Assembly: GCA_000991405.1 (NCBI GenBank)
Contig: LBRL01000001.1
Span: 456,466 to 520,465 of the forward strand
Origin: Candidatus Nomurabacteria bacterium GW2011_GWD2_36_14
GTDB lineage: Bacteria > Patescibacteriota > Minisyncoccia > Phycocordibacterales > UBA9973
Reading direction: 5' to 3'
Length of the DNA stretch: 64,000 nt
The notes under the pieces were generated by a model, which searched no databases, was not told the origin of the DNA, and saw only the letters and a list, made by a program, of their open reading frames with translations. Of the stretch, positions 39,880 through 48,952 are shown in pieces. Positions within the stretch are counted from its first letter, which is position 1, and each line of letters opens with the position of its first letter. A program made the position numbers and the translations under genes.

Positions 39880-40422
39880 TTACGCTTTCTTAAATGGTAC
39901 ACCTATCAGCTCAAAGAATTCTGTGGCTTCGGCTTTGGTCTTGGCTGTGGTTACAAGTGTAACTCCCATTCCGAATACGTCTTTCAATTCTTCGTCACCT
40001 GTTTCAGGGAAGATAGTATGCTCCTTGATACTCATAGTTAGGTTACCGATATTGTCCACAATCTTTCTTTCAATACCACGGAAGTCCTTTGTACGAGGGA
40101 TAGCTACGTTTATAAGCTTGTCTAGGAATCCATACATACGAGCTCCTCGAAGAGTTACCATGACTCCTACAGGGTCTCCAATACGAATCTTGAAGGATGC
40201 TATAGACTTCTTTGCACTCTTGGTAGCAGGCTTCTGGCCGGTAATCTTGGCAATACGTTCAATAACCATCTTGTTGTGATCCTTGTTGCGCTTTAGTCCT
40301 GAACCTGTGCCTGAAGCTACTATCACCTTTACAAGGTGAGGAGCAGCCATGACATTCTTGTAGCCATACTTGGCCTTAAGTGTACTATATGCTTTCTTTT
40401 CTTTTTGTTTTACTGTTTCCAT
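39880..40422 (-). CDS. rplE: 50S ribosomal protein L5
   Basis: ITGQKP, FKIRIG, IPRTKDFRG, IFPE. Confidence 0.97.
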   Translation of the reverse strand: METVKQKEKKAYSTLKAKYGYKNVMAAPHLVKVIVASGTGSGLKRNKDHNKMVIERIAKITGQKPATKSAKKSIASFKIRIGDPVGVMVTLRGARMYGFLDKLINVAIPRTKDFRGIERKIVDNIGNLTMSIKEHTIFPETGDEELKDVFGMGVTLVTTAKTKAEATEFFELIGVPFKKA

Positions 40423-40472
40423 TTTGTTTTGTGTTCGAATTATTAATTATTAATTATTAATTCTTAATTACT

Positions 40473-40691
40473 CTAGTCTTTCTTAGCAACATTTGATACG
40501 TGTATAGGCATTGCAATCTCAAGAATCTGACTCTGATCGCCCTTACCTTTTGCTTTATGGGCCTTCTTTCTCACGTTTACACCTTCCACAACAACCTTGT
40601 TTTCACTTGGCATAGCTTTGACAACCTTGCCACTTTTGCCTTTGTTGCTACCTGCGATAACTATTACATTGTCTCCTTTCTTTATTTTCAT
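40473..40691 (-). CDS. rplX: 50S ribosomal protein L24 (short)
   Basis: MKIKKGD.V.VIAG..KG, PIHVSNV. Confidence 0.96.
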   Translation of the reverse strand: MKIKKGDNVIVIAGSNKGKSGKVVKAMPSENKVVVEGVNVRKKAHKAKGKGDQSQILEIAMPIHVSNVAKKD

Positions 40692-40764
40692 ATATTTATC
40701 CGCCTAAATTTTAATACTAATACTTATGCCCTCCGTTGAAATTTTGTGAAAAATTTTGGCGGAT

Positions 40765-41136
40765 TTATATAACTTCTTGGGCTAATGAAATAATCTTTTG
40801 GTAACCCCTTTCAGCAAGCTCACGAGGGATAGGTCCGAATACGCGTCCACCCTTTGGATCCTGCTTGTCTTTTTCCAAGATTACAACAGCGTTGTCGTCA
40901 AAACGAATATATGAACCATCCTTACGGCGATATGACTTTACAGTACGGACTACGACAGCTTGGCAGACATCCTTTTTCTTCACACCCTTGCGAGGCTCAG
41001 CAATCTTGACTGAGATGATAACTTTGTCTCCAATACCTGCATAACGGCGTTTTGATGCGCCAAGTACCTTGAAAACCTTTCCGACTTTTCCGCCGGCGTT
41101 ATCTGTGATATTTACTACTGTTCCGTCTTGTATCAT
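40765..41136 (-). CDS. rplN: 50S ribosomal protein L14
   Basis: MIQ...DNAG, IRFDDNA, RVFGP. Confidence 0.97.
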   Translation of the reverse strand: MIQDGTVVNITDNAGGKVGKVFKVLGASKRRYAGIGDKVIISVKIAEPRKGVKKKDVCQAVVVRTVKSYRRKDGSYIRFDDNAVVILEKDKQDPKGGRVFGPIPRELAERGYQKIISLAQEVI

Positions 41137-41142
41137 ATAATA

Positions 41143-41388
41143 TTAACTAATTACTTTAAAATGTTTATCCTTTGATATTGGTCTGACTTCTTCTATTTCT
41201 ACTACGTCGCCTACCTTCTTGGCATTGTCGGCATCGTGAGCTTTGTAGTTCTTGGTCTTCTTGATACGCTTACCGTACTTCTTGTGCTCAACAAAGCGAG
41301 TAACTTCTACGACAACAGTCTTGTCCATCTTGTCTGAGACAACTACTCCCTTGAGAACTTTATTTGATTTTTTAATTTTTGCTTCCAT
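41143..41388 (-). CDS. rpsQ: 30S ribosomal protein S17
   Basis: [16 protein letters not shown]. Confidence 0.97.
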   Translation of the reverse strand: MEAKIKKSNKVLKGVVVSDKMDKTVVVEVTRFVEHKKYGKRIKKTKNYKAHDADNAKKVGDVVEIEEVRPISKDKHFKVIS

Positions 41389-41398
41389 ATTTTTTAAA

Positions 41399-41815
41399 TT
41401 ATCGTGCTACGATACAAGTTGTTACTGGTAATTTGGTTCCAGCCTTACGGAGAGCTTCTTTGGCTACTGCTTCCGTAACCCCATCTACTTCAAACAATAC
41501 TCGGCCTGGGCGAACGTCTAGACAGTATCCCTGAGGATCTCCTTTTCCTTTTCCCATTCCTACTTCTGCAGGCTTGGCTGTAAAAGGTCTGTCAGGAAAG
41601 ATGCGAATCCACATACGGCCAGTCTTACCAATTGTTCTAGATACTACCTTACGAGCTGATTCTATCTGATTTGAACGGACACGTCCACCTGCTGTGGCCT
41701 TAAGTCCAAATGATCCGAAAGCTATGGTAATACCACGTGTATCTGGAGTGACTTTCGTCATATCCGTCCTACCTGTCTGCCATTTTCTAAATTTTACTTT
41801 TTTTGGTGTTAACAT
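41399..41815 (-). CDS. rplP: 50S ribosomal protein L16
   Basis: [25 protein letters not shown]. Confidence 0.97.
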   Translation of the reverse strand: MLTPKKVKFRKWQTGRTDMTKVTPDTRGITIAFGSFGLKATAGGRVRSNQIESARKVVSRTIGKTGRMWIRIFPDRPFTAKPAEVGMGKGKGDPQGYCLDVRPGRVLFEVDGVTEAVAKEALRKAGTKLPVTTCIVAR

Positions 41816-41821
41816 AAAATT

Positions 41822-42511
41822 TTATTGTTTATTATTCTTACTTCCAGTTGCTCCGCCTTCAGCCGAGAAAACTTCTCCACGATATATCCAGACCTTAATA
41901 CCGATATCTCCATAACTCATATGAGCCTTCTCACGAGCAAAGTCAACGTCAGCACGGAAAGTTTGCAAGGGAATAGAACCACGCTTGATCTGCTCACTAC
42001 GTGCGATTTCAGCACCTCCTAGACGGCCTCCAAGGTAGATACGAGCTCCTTTAACTCCACGAGCAGTCATAACCTTCTCAATAGTCTGCTTCATAACACG
42101 ACGGAATGGTAGACGCTTCTCAAGGCCTTCAGCAATCATACAAGCGACGATAGCTGCGTCTGCATCTGGGTTTGCAACTTCTACTATATCAAATTTGAAA
42201 TCTTCAGGAATTATAACGCCACGTTTCTTCATAGTAGAAACAAGGTCTGCCTTAAGCTTACTTGCTCCATCTCCACCACGGCCGATTATCATACCTGGGC
42301 GTGAAGTAAATACCATGACTTTTGTAGCTTTTACACCTCTGTCAATTTCTACACGAGAAACATAGAATCCACGAAGCTTCTTCATGAGGAACTCACGGAT
42401 AACAACATCACTCTTGAGTAAGTCTTTGTATTTCTTGTCAGCAAACCAGCGTGATTTCCAATCACGGAGTGTTACTAGTCTATGTGCATATGGATGGACA
42501 ACTTTTGACAT
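41822..42511 (-). CDS. rpsC: 30S ribosomal protein S3
   Basis: RPGMIIGRGG, GRLGGAEIAR, PLQTFRADVD. Confidence 0.97.
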   Translation of the reverse strand: MSKVVHPYAHRLVTLRDWKSRWFADKKYKDLLKSDVVIREFLMKKLRGFYVSRVEIDRGVKATKVMVFTSRPGMIIGRGGDGASKLKADLVSTMKKRGVIIPEDFKFDIVEVANPDADAAIVACMIAEGLEKRLPFRRVMKQTIEKVMTARGVKGARIYLGGRLGGAEIARSEQIKRGSIPLQTFRADVDFAREKAHMSYGDIGIKVWIYRGEVFSAEGGATGSKNNKQ

Positions 42512-42516
42512 ATAAA

Positions 42517-42951
42517 TTAATTTTCTGCTTTAACTTCTGGTTTTTTTGTTACCTTCGACTTCTTTACTACTTTTTCCTTTTTCTCTACTTTGTCTGTTTT
42601 TGAAACTTTCTTTGCTTTCTTTTCAACTGTTTTCTCTATAAGGGTAAGCATTATATGACTGGTACGCTTGTTGATACGTGAAGCTGATCCACGAGCACGT
42701 GGCATACTGCGCTTCATAACTATGCCTTTGTTTACAGTTACGTTCTCAACATATAAATTTTCAGGTGATATTCCTGAGTTCTTTGCATTTGCTACTGCAG
42801 AAGCCAACAACTGTTCTATTGGACCTGATGCTCTTCTTGGTAATGCTTTCAACTGAGTAAAAGCCTGTGCAACCCTATTGCCTTTGATTAAGTCTGCTAC
42901 AAGGCGAACCTTGCGAGGAGACTGTCTGTAATTTTTTAAAAATGCTTTCAT
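42517..42951 (-). CDS. rplV: 50S ribosomal protein L22 (Lys-rich tail)
   Basis: QSPRKVRLVADLI, PRARG. Confidence 0.97.
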   Translation of the reverse strand: MKAFLKNYRQSPRKVRLVADLIKGNRVAQAFTQLKALPRRASGPIEQLLASAVANAKNSGISPENLYVENVTVNKGIVMKRSMPRARGSASRINKRTSHIMLTLIEKTVEKKAKKVSKTDKVEKKEKVVKKSKVTKKPEVKAEN

Positions 42952-42960
42952 ATAAGTTTA

Positions 42961-43305
42961 TTACTTCTTCTTGGTATCTGTTGCGGCTTTGGCTGATTTG
43001 GATGCGGTAATCTCGGCTTCTTTCTTCTTGGCTTCTAGTTCTTTCTGCATCTTACCTCCGTGTCTGACGAACTTGCGTGTTAGTGAGAATTCTCCAAGTC
43101 TGTGTCCCACCATATCTTCACTGACGAGTACTTCTACATGAACCTTGCCATTGTGGACTCCAAATACGAAGCCTACCATTTCAGGGGAGATCACACATGC
43201 TCGTGACCATGTCTTAATAACGCCTGTTTCTAGAGGTTTCTTTCCAGCAATTTTTTTCAAAAGCCTTTCGTCTACATATGGTCCTTTTTTAAGTGATCTT
43301 GTCAT
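42961..43305 (-). CDS. rpsS: 30S ribosomal protein S19
   Basis: [17 protein letters not shown]. Confidence 0.97.
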   Translation of the reverse strand: MTRSLKKGPYVDERLLKKIAGKKPLETGVIKTWSRACVISPEMVGFVFGVHNGKVHVEVLVSEDMVGHRLGEFSLTRKFVRHGGKMQKELEAKKKEAEITASKSAKAATDTKKK

Positions 43306-43354
43306 TTGGTTTTGTATCTACAATATAAATAAGCTCCTTTGAGCTCGTTGGTTC

Positions 43355-43383
43355 ATACTAGCAAATGAAAGAATATATGTCAA
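43355..43383 (-). promoter_or_regulatory. Internal sigma70 promoter for rpsS-rplE block
   Basis: TTGACA-TATATTCTTTCATTTGC-TAGTAT (17-bp spacer). Confidence 0.75.
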
Positions 43384-43404
43384 ATTCAAATTTTTGGAAT
43401 TAGA

Positions 43405-43797
43405 TTAAAACACCAAAGCTATTACTTTAGGTCCAAAGATTAAGAGCCCTATAACCCCTGCTACAATAGTAGCAATAGAAACAGCCCCAGCAGCTACATC
43501 TTTAGTATCTCTAGCATACGGATGGTAGTTTGGGCTGGTAAGATCTATGTCTATCTCTATTGCTGTGTTAAATGCTTCAGCAATTACAACTAGTCCAATA
43601 GCGAGTATAACTACTGCCCACTCAACAGAAGATAAAGAAAAAACAAAACCCATATATATAGCTAAAATTGCAAAGAATAGATGTATCCATAAATTATGAG
43701 TTGTCTTAATAAAAACTCCCAACCCACGAAGACCATGATTAGTGCTTTTGAAACGAGAAATAATTGAAAACCTCTTTTTCTCTGATATTTTTTCCAT
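43405..43797 (-). CDS. dgkA: Diacylglycerol/undecaprenol kinase family protein
   Basis: EAFNTAIE..D, KDVAAGAV; three TM. Confidence 0.88.
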   Translation of the reverse strand: MEKISEKKRFSIISRFKSTNHGLRGLGVFIKTTHNLWIHLFFAILAIYMGFVFSLSSVEWAVVILAIGLVVIAEAFNTAIEIDIDLTSPNYHPYARDTKDVAAGAVSIATIVAGVIGLLIFGPKVIALVF

Positions 43798-44002
43798 GTT
43801 TGTATTATATACTCAAAAATGCAAAAGAAAAACCTTGGTCATAAAACGATCAAGGTTTTCTGATTAAATTTATTCCCCGGTTTAAAAGAACACCAAAACT
43901 TTTATTTTCCGGGCAGGAATCTATTTTACGGAAAACTCCCACAACGTTTGGCCTTTTATTGTTATGAAAGACCGAAATCTATTACTTTTTCATAGGCAAC
44001 AA

Positions 44003-44200
44003 TTATTTTTTAAATAAAAAATCTTCAGACTTTCTGTCTGGAGAGGTAAAATGGATTTCTTTACTTCTTGCAAATAACTTTGGAGATATACGTCCTAAGA
44101 CAATCCCCAAACAAAAAATAATTATATCCCAATAATTAAACGGGGTATAAATAAAAATATAAAATACAATACAAACCACAAATATTAAAATAATTTTCAT
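44003..44200 (-). CDS. Small hypothetical membrane protein
   Basis: 65 aa, two hydrophobic segments, upstream TTGACA promoter. Confidence 0.5.
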   Translation of the reverse strand: MKIILIFVVCIVFYIFIYTPFNYWDIIIFCLGIVLGRISPKLFARSKEIHFTSPDRKSEDFLFKK

Positions 44201-44272
44201 AGCGCTAGGTATTATTGGTTTATTTTTTTCAATTTCATTCTAAGCTTATAGTTTATACACAATTTGTCAATA

Positions 44273-44306
44273 CAACAAAAAATTCCCTTTCGGGAATTTT
44301 TTGTTG
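44273..44306 (-). terminator. Intrinsic terminator after rplB
   Basis: CAACAAAAAATTCCC-TTTC-GGGAATTTTTTGTTG. Confidence 0.75.
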
Positions 44307-44329
44307 ATAGAGATTTTTGTTTTTTAAAC

Positions 44330-45178
44330 TTAAGCTTTCTTTGACTTTCCAACTTTTCTTCGAGAAACAATCCACATGTTTGAATATTTCTTTGGAGTAC
44401 GAGTCTTCTGGCCTTTTCCTGATGGCTTACCCCACATAGTCTTGGCACGGCGTAGACCTCTTCCTTGGCGTCCTTCACCTCCACCGTGTGGGTGGTCTAC
44501 TGGGTTCATGGCTGTACCACGAACTGTAGGGCGAATTCCTTTCCAGCGAGAGCGTCCTGCTTTACCAAAGTTTTGAAGCTTGAATTCACTGTTTGAAACT
44601 TCACCGATAGATGCCCAAGCATTTTCTGAAACTTTGCGTACTTCTGTAGAAGGCATTTTGACGTTGGTATATCCAAGGTCATTCGCGACTACTTGTCCGA
44701 AGGTTCCAGCTCCGCGAGCAAGCTTTCCTCCGTTACCTGGCTTAATTTCTACATTGTAAACAAATGTTCCAACTGGTATTAGCTTAAGAGGTAAACGATT
44801 CCCAACTGTTAGAGGAGCTTTCTCGGAAACGATAAACTTGTCTCCAACTTTAACTGTTTTAGGTATCACTACGTATCTCTTCTCTCCGTCTGCATAAACT
44901 GCGATACCGATAAAGGCATTGCGGTTTGGATCGTATTCGATAGAAGCTATCTTGGCAGGAATGTCGTGCTTGTTGTACATGAAGTCTATCTCTCTGTAAA
45001 GTCTCTTGTGTCCACCCCCTTTATGTCGAGTAGTTATACGTCCCTGATTGTTACGTCCGACAGATCTTTTGAAACCATGAGTTAAAGCTTTCAAGGGCTC
45101 ACTTGTAGTTAAAACTTTTCTGTAAGTAACGGTAGTCTGGTGACGCTTTGATGGTGTTGTAGGTTTGTATGTTTTCAT
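44330..45178 (-). CDS. rplB: 50S ribosomal protein L2
   Basis: GRNNQGRIT, EYDPNR, MNPVDHPHGGGEG. Confidence 0.98.
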   Translation of the reverse strand: MKTYKPTTPSKRHQTTVTYRKVLTTSEPLKALTHGFKRSVGRNNQGRITTRHKGGGHKRLYREIDFMYNKHDIPAKIASIEYDPNRNAFIGIAVYADGEKRYVVIPKTVKVGDKFIVSEKAPLTVGNRLPLKLIPVGTFVYNVEIKPGNGGKLARGAGTFGQVVANDLGYTNVKMPSTEVRKVSENAWASIGEVSNSEFKLQNFGKAGRSRWKGIRPTVRGTAMNPVDHPHGGGEGRQGRGLRRAKTMWGKPSGKGQKTRTPKKYSNMWIVSRRKVGKSKKA

Positions 45179-45179
45179 A

Positions 45180-45512
45180 TTATGCAATTGCTATCTTATC
45201 ACCCTTCTTCAAATATACGACCGCTTTCTTCCCTCCCTTTTTCGTTCCAATTATTCCACGACGAACTACTGTCTTTGAAGTAATCTTGGTAGTAGAAACT
45301 CGCAAAGGAGTAACTCCGTAGATAAGCTTGATAGCTTTCTTAATCTCATTCTTGGTAGCATTATCGGTCACATTGAAAGTATAAATTCCTTTCTCTGCGC
45401 CTAGTGCTGCCTTTTCTGTAATGCGAGGACTCTTGATCAAAGGGTGGGTCTTTGCTTTTTTACTATCAACTACCTCTTCTTTTGTATTCTTTTTTGTTTT
45501 TGTTGTTGCCAT
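45180..45512 (-). CDS. rplW: 50S ribosomal protein L23
   Basis: PRITEKA, KKAVVYLKKG. Confidence 0.96.
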   Translation of the reverse strand: MATTKTKKNTKEEVVDSKKAKTHPLIKSPRITEKAALGAEKGIYTFNVTDNATKNEIKKAIKLIYGVTPLRVSTTKITSKTVVRRGIIGTKKGGKKAVVYLKKGDKIAIA

Positions 45513-45518
45513 ATAATA

Positions 45519-46187
45519 TTATTTTTTTTCTGTTTTGCCACCTAGGAATGCGACACTTTCAGTTGGCTGTGAAATAATAATATATCGGTAAGCTAGCAAA
45601 TCAACAGGATTCATGTTGCGAACCTCATCGATCTCTACTGTAGGAATATTTGCAAAACTCTTCTTAAGAACGTCTCCCTTTGCAGGAACTGAAATGTAAG
45701 TATTTGGCTTCTTGCCTCCTACCATTCTTTCAAATCCTTTGATACCGCTCAAATCTTTCATGACAGCTACTGCGTCTTTCGTCTTAATAGCCTTAAGATT
45801 CAATTCTTCTACAAAGATTAGCTGGCCCTTTCTTAGCTTCTCTGAGAGAACAGTGTAGAGAGCTTTTGCTTTCATTTTCTTGTTTATTTTCTGATCGTAA
45901 ACTTTGTCATTTCTTGGTCCATGGGTGACTCCTCCACCTTTCCAGATTGGAGAACGTGTTGAACCATGACGAGCTCGTCCTGTACCTTTCTGTTTCCATG
46001 GCTTCTTACCTCCTCCGCGAACTTCTCCACGTGTCTTTGTATGAGCAACTGGTGTGCGAGCATTGGCTTGCATAGCAGTCACTACTTGGTGAACCAAGTC
46101 ACCATTCCAAGGAACACCAAAGATTGATTCTGGGAGTTCAAATTTGCCTACGGACTTACCTTTTTGGTTATATATTTGTGTTTCCAT
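45519..46187 (-). CDS. rplD: 50S ribosomal protein L4
   Basis: KPWKQKGTGRARHGS. Confidence 0.98.
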   Translation of the reverse strand: METQIYNQKGKSVGKFELPESIFGVPWNGDLVHQVVTAMQANARTPVAHTKTRGEVRGGGKKPWKQKGTGRARHGSTRSPIWKGGGVTHGPRNDKVYDQKINKKMKAKALYTVLSEKLRKGQLIFVEELNLKAIKTKDAVAVMKDLSGIKGFERMVGGKKPNTYISVPAKGDVLKKSFANIPTVEIDEVRNMNPVDLLAYRYIIISQPTESVAFLGGKTEKK

Positions 46188-46233
46188 ATAATTTAGCCCT
46201 AAACTTATAGTCGGGCGATCAATAGTAATTGAT

Positions 46234-46866
46234 TTAGCCGATTATTTCTACGAGCGTTCCGCGTCTTCCTGGAATCGCACCTTTAATAAGTAATTGGTTA
46301 TTTTCGACATCAACACCAACAATTTCCAAATTTCTAACTGTAATACGGTCGCTACCCATACGGCCTCCCATGCGCATTCCCTTTGGAACTTTGTTGCGGA
46401 GACCTCCACCGATAGAACCGGGTTCACGTTCTGAGTGCTTCTGTCCGTGTGAACGTGGTCCTCCATGGAATCCATGACGCTTCACAACGCCTTGGAAACC
46501 TTTTCCTTTTGAAATACCTGTAACAGTTACAATGTCTCCCTTTTTAAATGCGGAAACTGTGATTCTGTCACCTGTGGCCATTTCTTCAATGTCTCGGAAT
46601 TCACGAAGATGCTTGAAAGCACCTTCACCCTCTACTGTGCTATCGCTACTTTTTGCGGATTTGATATGTCCAAGATGTGCCTTTGTCGCACGATTTTCTT
46701 TCTGTTCTTCGAAGGCTACTTGCACTGCTACATAGCCATCGACATCAGGGCTTTTCATTTGAGTGACGACAATAGGTCCAGCAGAAATAACTGTAGTTGG
46801 AACTACTTGTCCATCATCTAGAAAGCACTGCATCATATGCTGTTTTTTACCAAGGATAAATTTCAT
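46234..46866 (-). CDS. rplC: 50S ribosomal protein L3
   Basis: SKGKGFQGVVKRH, PGSIG, KGAIPG. Confidence 0.98.
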   Translation of the reverse strand: MKFILGKKQHMMQCFLDDGQVVPTTVISAGPIVVTQMKSPDVDGYVAVQVAFEEQKENRATKAHLGHIKSAKSSDSTVEGEGAFKHLREFRDIEEMATGDRITVSAFKKGDIVTVTGISKGKGFQGVVKRHGFHGGPRSHGQKHSEREPGSIGGGLRNKVPKGMRMGGRMGSDRITVRNLEIVGVDVENNQLLIKGAIPGRRGTLVEIIG

Positions 46867-46867
46867 A

Positions 46868-46949
46868 TTAGTATATAGGGTATAGTGTAAAGCGTATAGG
46901 GGGTGAAATTCAAAATCACTGTTCCCTTTACTCTATTCACTGTTCCCTT
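46868..46949. repeat. About 80-bp heptamer-built repeat, copy A (rpsJ-rplC spacer)
   Basis: TTAGTATATAGGGTATAGTGTAAAGCGTATAG...ATTCAAAATCACTGTTCCCTTTACTCTATTCACTGTTCCCTT. Confidence 0.8.
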
Positions 46950-46955
46950 GTTAAT

Positions 46956-47324
46956 CTACATCATCTTCACGTCGATATCAACACCAGATGGTAGAGATAA
47001 GCTTGTGAGAGCTTCAATAGTCTTAGGATTTGGATTCAGGATGTCAATAACGCGTTTATGTATTCTGATTTCGAATTGTTCACGAGCATTCTTAAACACA
47101 AAAGATGCTCTGTTGACTGTGTATTTCTTAATTTCGGTAGGAAGTGGAATTGGTCCGACAATCTTTGCATCGTAGCGAAGAGCGGTATCAATAATCTGCT
47201 TGACGGATGCGTCAAGAATCTTATTCTCGTATGCTCTTACGCGTATACGAAGCTGGACAACTGCGTCTTCTTTCCCCTTCTTTGTTTTTGCTACACCTAC
47301 TGGTGCATTTGTCTTTGTTGTCAT
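46956..47324 (-). CDS. rpsJ: 30S ribosomal protein S10
   Basis: RIRVRAY, GPIPLPT, REQFE...HKR. Confidence 0.97.
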   Translation of the reverse strand: MTTKTNAPVGVAKTKKGKEDAVVQLRIRVRAYENKILDASVKQIIDTALRYDAKIVGPIPLPTEIKKYTVNRASFVFKNAREQFEIRIHKRVIDILNPNPKTIEALTSLSLPSGVDIDVKMM

Positions 47325-47330
47325 AGTAAT

Positions 47331-47409
47331 TTAGTGTATAGGGTACAGTACAAAGCGTATAGAGAAGATTCAAAATCACTATTCCCTTTACTCTATTCGC
47401 TATTCCCTT
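47331..47409. repeat. About 80-bp heptamer-built repeat, copy B (tuf-rpsJ spacer)
   Basis: TTAGTGTATAGGGTACAGTACAAAGCGTATAG...ATTCAAAATCACTATTCCCTTTACTCTATTCGCTATTCCCTT. Confidence 0.8.
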
Positions 47410-47413
47410 CTTG

Positions 47414-48613
47414 CTATTTAATGATCTTTGTTACAACACCAGCACCAACTGTTTTACCTCCTTCACGGATAGCAAAGTGCATAGTTTCTTCAAGAGCAAC
47501 TGGGGTTACAAGTTTAACTCCTAGTTTAACTGTATCTCCTGGCATAACCATTTCTACTCCGGCTGGTAATGTAGACTCACCTGTAACGTCTGTTGTACGG
47601 ATATAGAACTGAGGCTTGTATCCTGTGAAGAATGGTGTGTGACGTCCTCCTTCTTCCTTTTTCAAAATGTAAACTTCACATTCGAATTCTGAGTGAGGAG
47701 TAACTGTTCCTGGCTTTACTAGAACTTGTCCACGAGTTACATCTTCCTTCTTGATTCCACGGATAAGGATTCCAGCATTATCGCCAGCCATACCTTGCTT
47801 CAAATTTTTGTTGAACATTTCAATACCAGTAACTGTTGTCTTGGCTGTATCTTTAATACCAACGATTTCAACATCTTCACCAACATTGATAACTCCACGT
47901 TCGATCTTACCAGTCACAACTGTTCCACGTCCTTCGATTGAGAATATATCCTCAATAGGCATTAGGAATGGCTTTGTAACATCACGTTCTGGAACTGGAA
48001 TATAAGTATCAAGAGCATTTACAAGGTCAAGGATCTTAGTTGCCCATTCATTTGTATTGTCAGCTGATTCAAGAGCCTTAAGAGCTGAACCACGGATAAC
48101 TGGAGCATTTGCACCATCAAATCCTTGCTTTGTAAGAAGTTCACGAACTTCTTCTTCAACTAGTTCAAGCATATCAGGATCATCAACCATGTCGCACTTG
48201 TTTAGGAATACGATAATCTTAGGAACGTTCACTTGCTTTGCTAGAAGGATGTGCTCACGTGTCTGTGGCATAACTCCGTCTGTAGCAGCAACTACGATAA
48301 CTGCACCGTCCATTTGAGCGGCACCTGTAATCATGTTCTTAATATAGTCGGCGTGTCCTGGAGCATCGATGTGAGCGTAGTGACGTGTTGGTGTCCAGTA
48401 CTCATTGTGAGAAAGAGCGATCGTGATACCACGAGCCTTTTCTTCAGGAGCTGAGTCGATTTGATCGACACCTTTAATCTTCGCACCATATTCACCACCT
48501 TGTCTTGCTAAAATCTGCAAAATAGCCGCGGTTAGTGTAGTTTTCCCATGATCGACGTGACCAATAGTACCTACGTTTACGTGAGGCTTATCTCTTTTAA
48601 ATTCTTCTGCCAT
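47414..48613 (-). CDS. tuf: Elongation factor Tu
   Basis: [31 protein letters not shown]. Confidence 0.99.
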   Translation of the reverse strand: MAEEFKRDKPHVNVGTIGHVDHGKTTLTAAILQILARQGGEYGAKIKGVDQIDSAPEEKARGITIALSHNEYWTPTRHYAHIDAPGHADYIKNMITGAAQMDGAVIVVAATDGVMPQTREHILLAKQVNVPKIIVFLNKCDMVDDPDMLELVEEEVRELLTKQGFDGANAPVIRGSALKALESADNTNEWATKILDLVNALDTYIPVPERDVTKPFLMPIEDIFSIEGRGTVVTGKIERGVINVGEDVEIVGIKDTAKTTVTGIEMFNKNLKQGMAGDNAGILIRGIKKEDVTRGQVLVKPGTVTPHSEFECEVYILKKEEGGRHTPFFTGYKPQFYIRTTDVTGESTLPAGVEMVMPGDTVKLGVKLVTPVALEETMHFAIREGGKTVGAGVVTKIIK

Positions 48614-48738
48614 ATGAATTATTGGTTGATAAACGTAACAAAGTATACGAGAACCTTACTTTATTATATTTACCAACATAAATTATTAATAAATGTTTCG
48701 TTTCAAACGAAACTACGCAAAAATTGCGATTGACTCTC

Positions 48739-48766
48739 ATCGTAGCAAATATAAGAATAATGTCAA
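48739..48766 (-). promoter_or_regulatory. tuf promoter
   Basis: TTGACA-16-TACGAT, with TTTGC directly before the -10 box as in the rpsS and rpsN promoters. Confidence 0.65.
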
Positions 48767-48901
48767 CCTCCACACCTACTTTTTCATTATTGTGTTTTTA
48801 ACTATAAAAAATCAATAAAATAAACAATATTTATATATTAAATATCTCAAAAAAATATAATAGTGACACAATAAAAACTATGAAAAAGTGGGTGTGGGGG
48901 T

Positions 48902-48934
48902 CAAATGCCCGACGCCTACGGCGTCGGGCATTTG
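48902..48934. terminator. GC-rich hairpin after surface-protein gene
   Basis: CAAATGCCCGACGCC-TAC-GGCGTCGGGCATTTG. Confidence 0.65.
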
Positions 48935-48952
48935 TATTTATTGCCTCATTCC

